Positions 8,285 through 16,819 of a DNA stretch of 36,843 nt are shown piece by piece. Position 1 is the stretch's first letter; every line of letters begins with the position of its first letter. The DNA lies in NCBI GenBank assembly GCA_964345495.1, contig CAYFRV010000003.1, forward strand, positions 1-36,843, in the 5' to 3' direction. Below the pieces are notes generated by a model. That model saw only the letters and a list, made by a program, of their open reading frames with translations, ran no database searches and was not told the DNA's origin. The translations under genes were made by a program, and so were the position numbers. The stretch is from an uncultured Bacteroidales bacterium (GTDB lineage Bacteria > Bacteroidota > Bacteroidia > Bacteroidales > UBA12077).

Positions 8285-9739
8285 TTACTTTATCAAAGCA
8301 TTGAATTCATTGATCACTTTATCTATTTCAGGAACCATCTTGTGAATTTCTGCCCAGTAATCCCGATAATTATACCACTGATCATTCAGATCTTTCAATT
8401 CGCGCCCTTGTTGTTCAATCCAGGTATAATACTTCAGGTTATGCACCCGCTTTCTTTCGTAGTGACTCAATTCCAATGTATTATCAATGCCCAGGTTCAT
8501 TAAATGATCGTAATCTTTTGCTGCTTCTTCGCGATTATAAGGGCCATGTTCTTTATGCATTTCCTCCATCCGGGAATCATATAACTCCATAGAATCGGTA
8601 AAAACAGTCAACACAACATCTTCCTTTGTAAGCTCATAGTATTTTGCATATTTTATAGCAGACAAAACATTACCTATGGAAGAGATACCCATTAAATCAA
8701 GCTGATCAATAAGTTTTTGATCAATGCCCTGTTCAGCCAGATATTCTCTGCCTTTCTCTTCGTTAAACAAACGAGTTGTCCGCATAGTTGATTCATCGTC
8801 GACGGCTACAACCATATCCGTATTTCTAACGTTGTGAATCCAGGGTACATGTTTATCACCAATACCTTCAATACGATGCCCGCCAAATCCATTTTGCAAT
8901 AAGGTAGGGCATTGCAGAGCTTCACCTACAGCAATTTTTGAACCGGGGTACTTTTCTTTCAGGAAATCTCCTGTGCCAAGTGTTCCGGCAGAACCTGAAG
9001 TTAAGACAACTCCTGAGTAGTTATCGCGTGCGCCCATCTCCTTTTGCAGCACTTCCATCATTGCATTACCAGTAACATCATAATGCCACAAATGATTGCC
9101 AAACTCATCAAATTGGTTAAAGATCATCACGTCATCACGCGTTTCCCTTAACTCCCAGCATTTGTCAAAAATTTCTTTCACATTGCTTTCACAACCCGGG
9201 GTAGGTATTACTTCCCCAGCCACTTTTGCAAGCCAGTCGAAACGCTCTTTTGACATACCTTCCGGTAGTATAGCAATCGATTCGCAGGCAAGTAAAGCTG
9301 CATCATAAGCTCCTCCCCGACAATAATTGCCGGTGGAAGGCCAAACAGCTTTATGTTGCTTAGGATTAAACTGTCCGGTGATCAAACGCGGAACGAGGCA
9401 TCCAAAAGTCGCCCCAACTTTGTGGGCTCCGGTTGGGAACCATTTTCCGACAAGAGCTATAATTCGCGCATCCACTCCTGTAATTTCGGACGGGAGTTCA
9501 ATATAATTTACCCCGGAATAACCTCCTCCGCTTTGTACAGGTTCATTTTTCCAGGTTATTCTGAATAAATTACGCGGATGAATATCCCACAGGCCAATTC
9601 CTTCCAACTCTTTTTTAATATCATCCGGAATCAGAGAAGGATTTTTCATCTGCTCAAATGTGGGGATGATAATATCACGTTCCCTGCAAATTTCTGCATT
9701 ATTCTTTTGTGTTTCTTTATCTACCGTTAAATCAATCAT
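8285..9739 (-). CDS. Fold-type-II PLP-dependent enzyme (TrpB-like lyase/thiolase family), specificity unknown
   Basis: 484 aa ORF. FPTGAHKVGATF resembles the TrpB-type PLP-lysine motif (TGAHK). A glycine-rich phosphate loop is present (LTSGSAGTLGTG). A ~100 aa helical C-terminal extension is absent from cysteine synthases. Confidence 0.6.
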   Translation of the reverse strand: MIDLTVDKETQKNNAEICRERDIIIPTFEQMKNPSLIPDDIKKELEGIGLWDIHPRNLFRITWKNEPVQSGGGYSGVNYIELPSEITGVDARIIALVGKWFPTGAHKVGATFGCLVPRLITGQFNPKQHKAVWPSTGNYCRGGAYDAALLACESIAILPEGMSKERFDWLAKVAGEVIPTPGCESNVKEIFDKCWELRETRDDVMIFNQFDEFGNHLWHYDVTGNAMMEVLQKEMGARDNYSGVVLTSGSAGTLGTGDFLKEKYPGSKIAVGEALQCPTLLQNGFGGHRIEGIGDKHVPWIHNVRNTDMVVAVDDESTMRTTRLFNEEKGREYLAEQGIDQKLIDQLDLMGISSIGNVLSAIKYAKYYELTKEDVVLTVFTDSMELYDSRMEEMHKEHGPYNREEAAKDYDHLMNLGIDNTLELSHYERKRVHNLKYYTWIEQQGRELKDLNDQWYNYRDYWAEIHKMVPEIDKVINEFNALIK

Positions 9740-9766
9740 ATTTTTCTTTTGTTTTATTATGTATTA

Positions 9767-10597
9767 TCAATCTTTTTTAAGGTGCTTGTTCTTTTTATCT
9801 TTTAAATGAAAAGCCTCTTTCTGATAGCGTATTGTCTGTATTTCAGCGGCAATAGATAATGCAATTTCCCATGGATTATCGGTGCCTCCGATATCTAAAC
9901 CCACAGGGCAGTAAAGGTTTGACAGATCAGGATTTTCTTCCACTTCTTCCTTCAGGCTTTCAATTAACTCCGCACGAGTATTTGTTGAAGCGACAATGCC
10001 AATATATGGAGTCTGAATGTTTAACTTAAAAATCTTATTTAAAATTGTGCTGTCGTGCTTATGTTGATATGTGGCCAGTAAGAAATAAGGATGTTTGCTA
10101 AAACCGGTTTCGTCCATATAACGACTGAAACCGGAGTATACCTTTTCACCTTCCTGAGTTAATGCATCAATCATCTCCTTGCGGTCATCAATTATTGTTA
10201 CGTTTAAATCAAGCTTTGCCAGCAATTCAAAAAGTGCCTTGCCGATGTGTCCGGCGCCGAAAATGTAAACTTTTTTCTGTTGTATAAGAGCCTCAAAAAA
10301 TAACGTTGCCTTTCCGCCGCAAGCCATCCCGGTTTTTCTTCCTTCACCCTTCTCCTTTGATAAGTTAAATTGCTCGAGGGCATTTGTTCCGGTTTCTAAG
10401 ACCTCTTCGGCTTTTTTCACAGCAAGATATTCCAGATTTCCGCCACCCACTGTACCTGTAGAAGATCCATCTTCATAGAAAAGCATTTTATTGCCTGCCA
10501 AAGCAGGGCCTTCTCCCTCTTTTTTTACAACGGTTATCAAAACTCCATTGTGACCGTTACGTCTCAACTCCCATATCTTTTTATAAATATCTTCCAT
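9767..10597 (-). CDS. xdhC: XdhC/CoxI-family molybdenum hydroxylase maturation factor
   Basis: 276 aa ORF. The N-terminus has the XdhC_CoxI pattern (GVLITVVKKEGEGPALAGNKMLF...GTVGGGNLE). The C-terminus has a Rossmann motif (VYIFGAGHIGKAL). Confidence 0.8.
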   Translation of the reverse strand: MEDIYKKIWELRRNGHNGVLITVVKKEGEGPALAGNKMLFYEDGSSTGTVGGGNLEYLAVKKAEEVLETGTNALEQFNLSKEKGEGRKTGMACGGKATLFFEALIQQKKVYIFGAGHIGKALFELLAKLDLNVTIIDDRKEMIDALTQEGEKVYSGFSRYMDETGFSKHPYFLLATYQHKHDSTILNKIFKLNIQTPYIGIVASTNTRAELIESLKEEVEENPDLSNLYCPVGLDIGGTDNPWEIALSIAAEIQTIRYQKEAFHLKDKKNKHLKKD

Positions 10598-10614
10598 ACT
10601 TTTATCCTGTCATG

Positions 10615-11373
10615 TTATTCAACTAATTTGCTCCTCTTAGTAAATTCTGCATTACTTTTATTATCAGCCAGCCAGGTAACAAATTTTTTTCCTTTCAGGT
10701 ATTTTACAGGCACAGCTTCCATTACATGTCGTTTCAAAAGCTCATAGTCCTTTATAAGCGTTCCGCAAACGGCATTAATCCCATACTCAAATAAAGCAGG
10801 AGATAATGGAGTAGAAGGTCCCATTACAATCTTGTAAGCATCATCGCGTACATATTGCATGATCTCATCGAATGTATGATTTATCAAAGAAGTTCCCGTA
10901 ATAACAGCTACATCAGCTTCCGGCATATAAGTTTTTATATCTTCTTCTGTAAGATCTCCATTTAACGGGGCCTTTTCAAAAACAAGCAATTTTTCTACTC
11001 CTTCCAGGTTATCCAGAAAAGGGAAATGGCCAACCACACCAACGCTTTTATCTTTACCTTTTTCATAGATAAGTTCCTGGGCTTTGAGCCGTTGATAAGG
11101 CCGGTCAAAAACAGACATCCATGCATTAATTGCTGCCATTCCGATAGAAGCCTTTAAAGTATATTCCGAATAAATAAATTCCGCCAGCTGACGCAAAGAA
11201 AGACTCCTGAAATTCCCTGCCTCTGTAATATGTTCGTGTGGACTGCTGCCTTTCAGCGTACTTGCAATACCTTCCGCTTCGCCTGCTTTTACTAATGTTG
11301 AAAAAGCACCCACAACCACCTCATCAACAGTGATTTCAGGTATGTCTTGTATAAATTTATCTAAAATTTGCAT
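10615..11373 (-). CDS. DUF4213/DUF364 (putative heavy-metal chelation, Rossmann-like) protein
   Basis: 252 aa ORF. The pattern SIGMAAINAW ... VGVVGHFPFLDNL ... ADVAVITGTSLINHTFDEIM ... VMGPSTPLSP matches what I recall of DUF364-family proteins. Confidence 0.65.
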   Translation of the reverse strand: MQILDKFIQDIPEITVDEVVVGAFSTLVKAGEAEGIASTLKGSSPHEHITEAGNFRSLSLRQLAEFIYSEYTLKASIGMAAINAWMSVFDRPYQRLKAQELIYEKGKDKSVGVVGHFPFLDNLEGVEKLLVFEKAPLNGDLTEEDIKTYMPEADVAVITGTSLINHTFDEIMQYVRDDAYKIVMGPSTPLSPALFEYGINAVCGTLIKDYELLKRHVMEAVPVKYLKGKKFVTWLADNKSNAEFTKRSKLVE

Positions 11374-11464
11374 GAATTACTTTCCTCTAAAATTAAACTC
11401 TCAAATTACCAATTTTTAAACCACTTTAGCATACAAATATCCAAAAGCCGCATGTGTGGTTTTC

Positions 11465-12328
11465 TTATTTCAACTGTCCACCCTCTATAATTTTTTCTTC
11501 AATGAATGCCTGTATCATATCCAGACTAACAGTTTTTCTGTATTCTTTCGAAGAACGGGCATCGTTAATAGGCTGAATATACTTTTCATAACCCATCCGT
11601 ATTTCAGGAAGAATTTCCTCAATCTCTTTTTTTGATAAACCTTTCAATCGATTCTCCAGCTCTTTCCGTCTGACTATTGTCGGAGCCACAGCGCCCAGGC
11701 AAATACGGATGTCACTAAGATTGCCATCTGTAAATGATGCCATACCTGCAAAAGCGATTTTCGACAAAGCCATAGCTTTTCGCGTTCCCACTTTTCGGTA
11801 ATATTCCACATCAAAATTTTCCAACGGAATGCGGATTTCAACCAGCAATTCGTCAGATTTTCTACAGGTCTGCCCGGGGCCGGTTACAAAATTATCAATT
11901 GGCATTTCTCTGACATTATCAGCGCTTTGCAAAATAATTGATGCATCGGCTGCATATAAAAACGGAAGTGTATCAGCAGCGGGCGAAGCATTGCTTATGT
12001 TTCCACCAATCGTTGCAACATTGCGGGTAGTTACAGCTGCCATTTGTCTTGCTGTATCACTAAGTACATCCGGAATTCTTTTATCTTCAATCAAATCCCT
12101 CAGCAAAACACCAGAGCCAATTATAAGCTGTTTCGAATTAATTTCAATACGTTTCAGCGGGTCAATTTTGTTAAGAAAAAGCAAAGGGTTTTCAAACTGT
12201 GGTGAAATTCCTCCTTCTCTCCGATATTGCACCATCAAATCGGTTCCTCCGGCTATGGGAATAACCTTATTGGCTGTCATAATTTCCAGTGCTTCCTCTA
12301 ATGTTTGTGGAATAAAACCGTTGCTCAT
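11465..12328 (-). CDS. Molybdenum hydroxylase FAD-binding (medium) subunit, set 2
   Basis: 287 aa ORF with IPIAGGTDLMVQ and ATIGGNISNASPAADT FAD-binding motifs. It has a CO-dehydrogenase flavoprotein C-terminal domain. Its start overlaps the stop of the upstream Fe-S subunit gene (ATGA, 12325-12328). Confidence 0.85.
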   Translation of the reverse strand: MSNGFIPQTLEEALEIMTANKVIPIAGGTDLMVQYRREGGISPQFENPLLFLNKIDPLKRIEINSKQLIIGSGVLLRDLIEDKRIPDVLSDTARQMAAVTTRNVATIGGNISNASPAADTLPFLYAADASIILQSADNVREMPIDNFVTGPGQTCRKSDELLVEIRIPLENFDVEYYRKVGTRKAMALSKIAFAGMASFTDGNLSDIRICLGAVAPTIVRRKELENRLKGLSKKEIEEILPEIRMGYEKYIQPINDARSSKEYRKTVSLDMIQAFIEEKIIEGGQLK

Positions 12329-12792
12329 TTTTCCTCCCTTTTTTGAACTGCCAACCTGATTCCTTCAATTATCATGTTATAACCTGTACAACGGCAAAGA
12401 TTGCCGGTTATGGAATTTCTGATTTCTTCAGTGTCCGGACTTTTGTTCTCTCTAAGTAAAGCTTCTGTAGAAATAACCATACCGGGAGTACAAAAGCCAC
12501 ATTGCACGGCTCCGGATTTTTTAAAAGCTTCCTCTATGATTTTAAAATTATCGCTTTCACGAATCCCTTCTAATGTTTCTACAGAATGTCCATCGACATT
12601 ACCTACAGGCAAGATGCAAGATGTAACCACCTTTCCGTCAACCAAAACAGCGCAAGCACCACATTCTCCTTCACCACAACCTTCTTTTAAACTTCTTAGG
12701 CCAAACTCATCTCTCAGAACATCTAACAATCGATATTCTGGTGGCACATCCACCTTTACAACCCGGTTATTTAATGTAAATTCAATCTTCAT
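12325..12792 (-). CDS. Molybdenum hydroxylase [2Fe-2S] small subunit, set 2
   Basis: 155 aa ORF with CGEGECGACAVLVDGKVVTSC, CGFCTPGM and CRCTGY cluster motifs. Confidence 0.9.
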   Translation of the reverse strand: MKIEFTLNNRVVKVDVPPEYRLLDVLRDEFGLRSLKEGCGEGECGACAVLVDGKVVTSCILPVGNVDGHSVETLEGIRESDNFKIIEEAFKKSGAVQCGFCTPGMVISTEALLRENKSPDTEEIRNSITGNLCRCTGYNMIIEGIRLAVQKREEK

Positions 12793-14881
12793 TGTTTCTG
12801 TCTTTTAAATATTCTGGTGTCATTGGTATCTGGCCGACTTTCACCCCTAATGCTTGCTCCGTGGCTTCTGCCAGGGCAGGTGCCACACCGCTTAAAGGTA
12901 ATTCTCCGGCACATTTAGCTCCAAAAGGCCCGAATTCGTATGGATTCTCTACAAAATCACATTCAATTTCGGGTATATCAACGGAAGTGGGAATAGTATA
13001 ATCCGTAAGATTAAGCTGATCAAGTTTGCCCTTCCCGTGGGTCAATTTTTCAAGATAGGCATAACCAAGCCCCTGTATCATACCGCCATGTATTTGCCCC
13101 TTTATAATGTCTTCGTCCAGGGCTACTCCGATATCGTATACAGCCCATATTTTTTCCACTTTGAGCTCACATGTAACCGGATCAACTTCCACTTCTGCCA
13201 CATTAGCTCCCCATGAATAAACAGGATAAGCATCGCCCTGAAATTTGTCATTATCCCAGCTCACATAATCCGGATGTTTATATACCTCTTTCACTTCTGT
13301 TTCTTCTTCGTTCCATTTTTCCAATAGCCTATTACAAGCTTTTCTGACAAGCCCCCCGATAATCATAGCAGTTCGCGAAGCGGCAGTAGGGCCTGAATCA
13401 GGAACCCTATCCGTATCCTGAGTGACAAATTCTACATCGGCCTCAGGTATAGAAAGACTGTAAGCCACTATTTTTATAAGAGTGGTTAATGCTCCCTGTC
13501 CCATTTCAACGTTAGAAGTATAAATACCTACTTTATTTCCTTTCTTTTTCAAATAAACCTCTGCGTTTATATTAACTTCGCCTTTTCCGGTAAAACCACA
13601 GCCATGAAGGAAAAAGGAAATCCCCAACCCTTTATTTTTTCCCGGATCAGATTTTTTCCGCTCATAACCTGACATTGCATTGATCTTATCCAATACTTCC
13701 CGAATTTTAACATCCGACCACATCTTGCCACCTGTTGAAGTGGTATCTCCCTTTTTCAGAAAATAGTGCTTTTTAAAATCCAGAGATGGCTTTCCAACTT
13801 CATGAGCTACACGATTCATAAGCTGCTCTATTCCAAAAAGCACCTGCGGAGAACCAAATCCCCGAAAAGCGCCGGAAGGTACAGTATGGGTTTTAACAAC
13901 TCTTCCTCTCACTTGCAGATTTGGAAAAGCATAAACTCCTGTAGCTGTAAAAATACCACGTTGGAGCACTACAGGAGAGATCGTAGCATAAGCACCTCCA
14001 TCAAACGAAACATCGATGTCAAGTGCGGTAATTTCATTTTTTTCATTTAAAGCTACACGGTATTTCAGTGTTGATGGATGCCGTTTAGTTGTGGCTTCAA
14101 TATCTTCCTTTCTGTCAAGAATAAGCCTGACAGTTTTATTGGTTTTCAGCGCTGCAGTTGCTGCCTGTGCAGCCAACAGGGAAGGATATTCCTCCTTTCC
14201 GCCAAATGCCCCGCCGGTAACAGTTTGAATGATCTGTATTTTGTCTTCAGGAAACCCTGTAGCTTCAATTATCGCATTTTTAACAAAATAGGGGCATTGA
14301 ACAGATCCGTAAATAATAATTCTACCTTCATGATATTTAGCAACCACGCCATTGGTTTCCAGGTAAAGGTGTTCAGGACGGCCTGTATGGTATTCATCCT
14401 CAATAATTTTTGATGCATTAGCGAAAGCTTTATCAGGATCGCCTTTCGAATAATCATACTCTACATGAATCTCCTTTTTTCGTTCCGCTTCTTCAATGGA
14501 TGTAACCGGTGATAAATCGCTGTACTCAATCTCTACTTGTGATGCCAGTTCGGCAGTTTTTTCTTTAGAGGGGCCAACAATAAGCAAAATAGGCTGGCCG
14601 ATGTAATGCACTTCATCTTCAGCAAAAACAGGATGATCGGACACCACTGTCTGCATCCTGTTATTTCCCTGAATATCATCCTTATTGATTATTTCGTAGC
14701 CTTTTGGCAGTTCAGGCAAATGTATGGCTTCTATTTTTGCATAAGCTTTGCTGCTGCGCACGGTTCGGGCATGCACATAGTTTTCCAGGTTCATATCTGC
14801 AATATACTCTGCCTGCCCGGAAATTTTCTTTTCCGAATCCAATCTTGGTATGGAATCACTTATTGATTTATTCATCATCAT
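12782..14881 (-). CDS. Molybdopterin-binding large subunit of a xanthine dehydrogenase-family hydroxylase, set 2
   Basis: 699 aa ORF with GGAFGGKEE, AFRGFGSPQ and FGAKCAGELP motifs characteristic of the aldehyde oxidase/xanthine dehydrogenase family. It overlaps the Fe-S gene by 11 nt. Confidence 0.9.
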   Translation of the reverse strand: MMMNKSISDSIPRLDSEKKISGQAEYIADMNLENYVHARTVRSSKAYAKIEAIHLPELPKGYEIINKDDIQGNNRMQTVVSDHPVFAEDEVHYIGQPILLIVGPSKEKTAELASQVEIEYSDLSPVTSIEEAERKKEIHVEYDYSKGDPDKAFANASKIIEDEYHTGRPEHLYLETNGVVAKYHEGRIIIYGSVQCPYFVKNAIIEATGFPEDKIQIIQTVTGGAFGGKEEYPSLLAAQAATAALKTNKTVRLILDRKEDIEATTKRHPSTLKYRVALNEKNEITALDIDVSFDGGAYATISPVVLQRGIFTATGVYAFPNLQVRGRVVKTHTVPSGAFRGFGSPQVLFGIEQLMNRVAHEVGKPSLDFKKHYFLKKGDTTSTGGKMWSDVKIREVLDKINAMSGYERKKSDPGKNKGLGISFFLHGCGFTGKGEVNINAEVYLKKKGNKVGIYTSNVEMGQGALTTLIKIVAYSLSIPEADVEFVTQDTDRVPDSGPTAASRTAMIIGGLVRKACNRLLEKWNEEETEVKEVYKHPDYVSWDNDKFQGDAYPVYSWGANVAEVEVDPVTCELKVEKIWAVYDIGVALDEDIIKGQIHGGMIQGLGYAYLEKLTHGKGKLDQLNLTDYTIPTSVDIPEIECDFVENPYEFGPFGAKCAGELPLSGVAPALAEATEQALGVKVGQIPMTPEYLKDRNNED

Positions 14882-14883
14882 TA

Positions 14884-15453
14884 TTACTTTTCAAAAAACC
14901 TCTTCTTAATATACTCATAATCTTTATCCGTGTCAATATCCAGCAAAACCCCTTCATCATCAACTTCAACAATATTAGCTTCAAGGCTATGAATAAAATC
15001 CCTGAGAATACCATCTTCCGGCATTTCAAGAATCCCCTCACGGCAATCATTGCGAAACAATACAGGATGTCCTTTCTTTCCTTTGAAGGAAGGATTAACA
15101 ATATCCCCCTCAGTTTCCAGAAGCTTTGTCAGGGTTTGCCTTTTAATCATTGGCTGGTCGCCGGGGAGGACAAAAAACGTATCAGAACTCAATTCTTTTA
15201 CTCCACATTGCACAGAAGAAAACATCCCCTTGCGGAAATCCGTATTTTCAATTATTCTGACACCCTTGTGACTCTGCAGTATCTGTTCACATTCTTGTGC
15301 TTTATGGCCTGCAACAACAATCACATTATCACACACATCCAATAGTGTATCTGCTGTATGTTCTATTACAGACTTTTCACCAAGAGGCAAAGTCATTTTA
15401 TAGCGACTTGTCCGTGAAGACAAACCCGCTGCAAGAACTATGGCTTCAATCAT
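14884..15453 (-). CDS. mocA: Molybdenum cofactor cytidylyltransferase (MocA/YgfJ family)
   Basis: 189 aa ORF. The N-terminus AIVLAAGLSSRTSRYKMTLPLGEKSVIEH is the NTP_transf_3 signature. The stop lies 2 nt before the start of the Mo subunit gene. Confidence 0.8.
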   Translation of the reverse strand: MIEAIVLAAGLSSRTSRYKMTLPLGEKSVIEHTADTLLDVCDNVIVVAGHKAQECEQILQSHKGVRIIENTDFRKGMFSSVQCGVKELSSDTFFVLPGDQPMIKRQTLTKLLETEGDIVNPSFKGKKGHPVLFRNDCREGILEMPEDGILRDFIHSLEANIVEVDDEGVLLDIDTDKDYEYIKKRFFEK

Positions 15454-16627
15454 CGATATCCTCCAGTTTTTCTATAGATTTTTCCGGTATTTCCACTCCT
15501 TTACCTGCAGAATCAATATCCTTCATTCCACTACCAGTAGCCATAAGAACAGTTGTTGCATCCTCAGGCATTTGGTTCTTCATTTTAAGAAAACCCGCCA
15601 TCGAAGCTGCAGAAGAAGGTTCAACGAACAATCCTGTTGTAGATGAAAGCTCCCGTTGTGCCTTTAAAATTTCCTGATCGGAAACTCTTACACAGCTACC
15701 TCCGTGTGCTTTCAATTCACGTAAAACATAATAGCCATTAGCCGGCACATCTACACTGATAGAGTCGGCAAGGGTGTTAGCCTTAACTGGTTCTCCGAAA
15801 TCACCTTTTTCCATAGCCCTGGTTAAAGCATCGCTATTTTCAGCCTGAACAGCAATAATTTCAGGGAAGCTCTTAATCCAACCCAGCTTTTTCAAGTCCT
15901 TAAACCCTTTCAGAATACCACTAAGCACCACGGCATCGCCGGTTGGAACGAAAATATAATCCGGTACTTTCTTTAATTGATGATACAATTCGAAAGCTGC
16001 AGTTTTTTTCCCTTCAATGGTCAGAGGATTAAAACCGGTATTGCGATTAAGTGAATTGCCCGAACCTTTATATTGCATCGAAAGCTGGAAAGCATTATCA
16101 TAACTTCCCTTTACCAAAACCACTTTAGCTCCGTATTGCAATGACTGGATAAGTTTGGCTTTAGGGACATTTTCGGGTACAAATATCATTATTTTTAATC
16201 CCGCGGCAGCTCCAATGCCTGCCATAGATGAAGCTGCATTCCCTGTGGAAGCCACGGTAATGTTTGTTATACCCCACTTTTTAGCAAAAGCAGCTACCAG
16301 CCAGGATGCCCGGTCTTTATATGAACCGGTTGGATTCACCGTGTCATCCTTAATAAAAAGATTAGGCGTACCTATTTTTTCCCGCAAAATGTGTGGCGAC
16401 CATAGGGGCGTATTGCCTACCGGTAATTCCGAAAAATAATTTTTATCAACAGGTAAAACATCATAAATGGAGCTGTTTTCAGATAAAGAGCCTTTCATCT
16501 CTACTTCAAGGATACCTCGCAAAGGTCGCTTTTTTTCCTGCTTTTCCTGACAAACAGGACAAAGCATAACTTCCGGTTCAATTGGATATTCCTTTCCACA
16601 TTCGCTACATTTATAAACAAACTCCAT
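15446..16627 (-). CDS. Threonine synthase-family PLP enzyme with an N-terminal zinc ribbon
   Basis: 393 aa ORF. A CxxC...CxxC ribbon is present (YKCSECGKEY...LCPVCQE). The PLP-lysine motif NPTGSYKDRAS is followed by ASTGNAASSMA, as in ThrC. It overlaps mocA by 8 nt. Confidence 0.75.
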   Translation of the reverse strand: MEFVYKCSECGKEYPIEPEVMLCPVCQEKQEKKRPLRGILEVEMKGSLSENSSIYDVLPVDKNYFSELPVGNTPLWSPHILREKIGTPNLFIKDDTVNPTGSYKDRASWLVAAFAKKWGITNITVASTGNAASSMAGIGAAAGLKIMIFVPENVPKAKLIQSLQYGAKVVLVKGSYDNAFQLSMQYKGSGNSLNRNTGFNPLTIEGKKTAAFELYHQLKKVPDYIFVPTGDAVVLSGILKGFKDLKKLGWIKSFPEIIAVQAENSDALTRAMEKGDFGEPVKANTLADSISVDVPANGYYVLRELKAHGGSCVRVSDQEILKAQRELSSTTGLFVEPSSAASMAGFLKMKNQMPEDATTVLMATGSGMKDIDSAGKGVEIPEKSIEKLEDIDD

Positions 16628-16663
16628 AATATTAAATTTTTACTTTTTAGTCTAAGCATAATT

Positions 16664-16749
16664 ACCTGTAAATACTAATTGATTTTCTTCATTTGCCCCC
16701 ATGCCTTAAAGAGTGCAAAGAAAATCAATTAGTTCCTGAATTTACAGGT
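16664..16749. other. Long imperfect palindrome / RNA hairpin in the only large intra-cluster spacer
   Basis: ACCTGTAAAT..CTAATTGATTTTCTT..TTTGC pairs with GCAAA..AAGAAAATCAATTAG..ATTTACAGGT in 10 + 15 + 5 bp arms. There is a 7-nt bulge (TTCCTGA) and an 18-nt loop. Confidence 0.6.
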
Positions 16750-16819
16750 TTAAAAGGACATATCATTTTTATTTTCTCATTAATATTATTTTGGTAAACA
16801 GACGGATACCTTATTTTTC

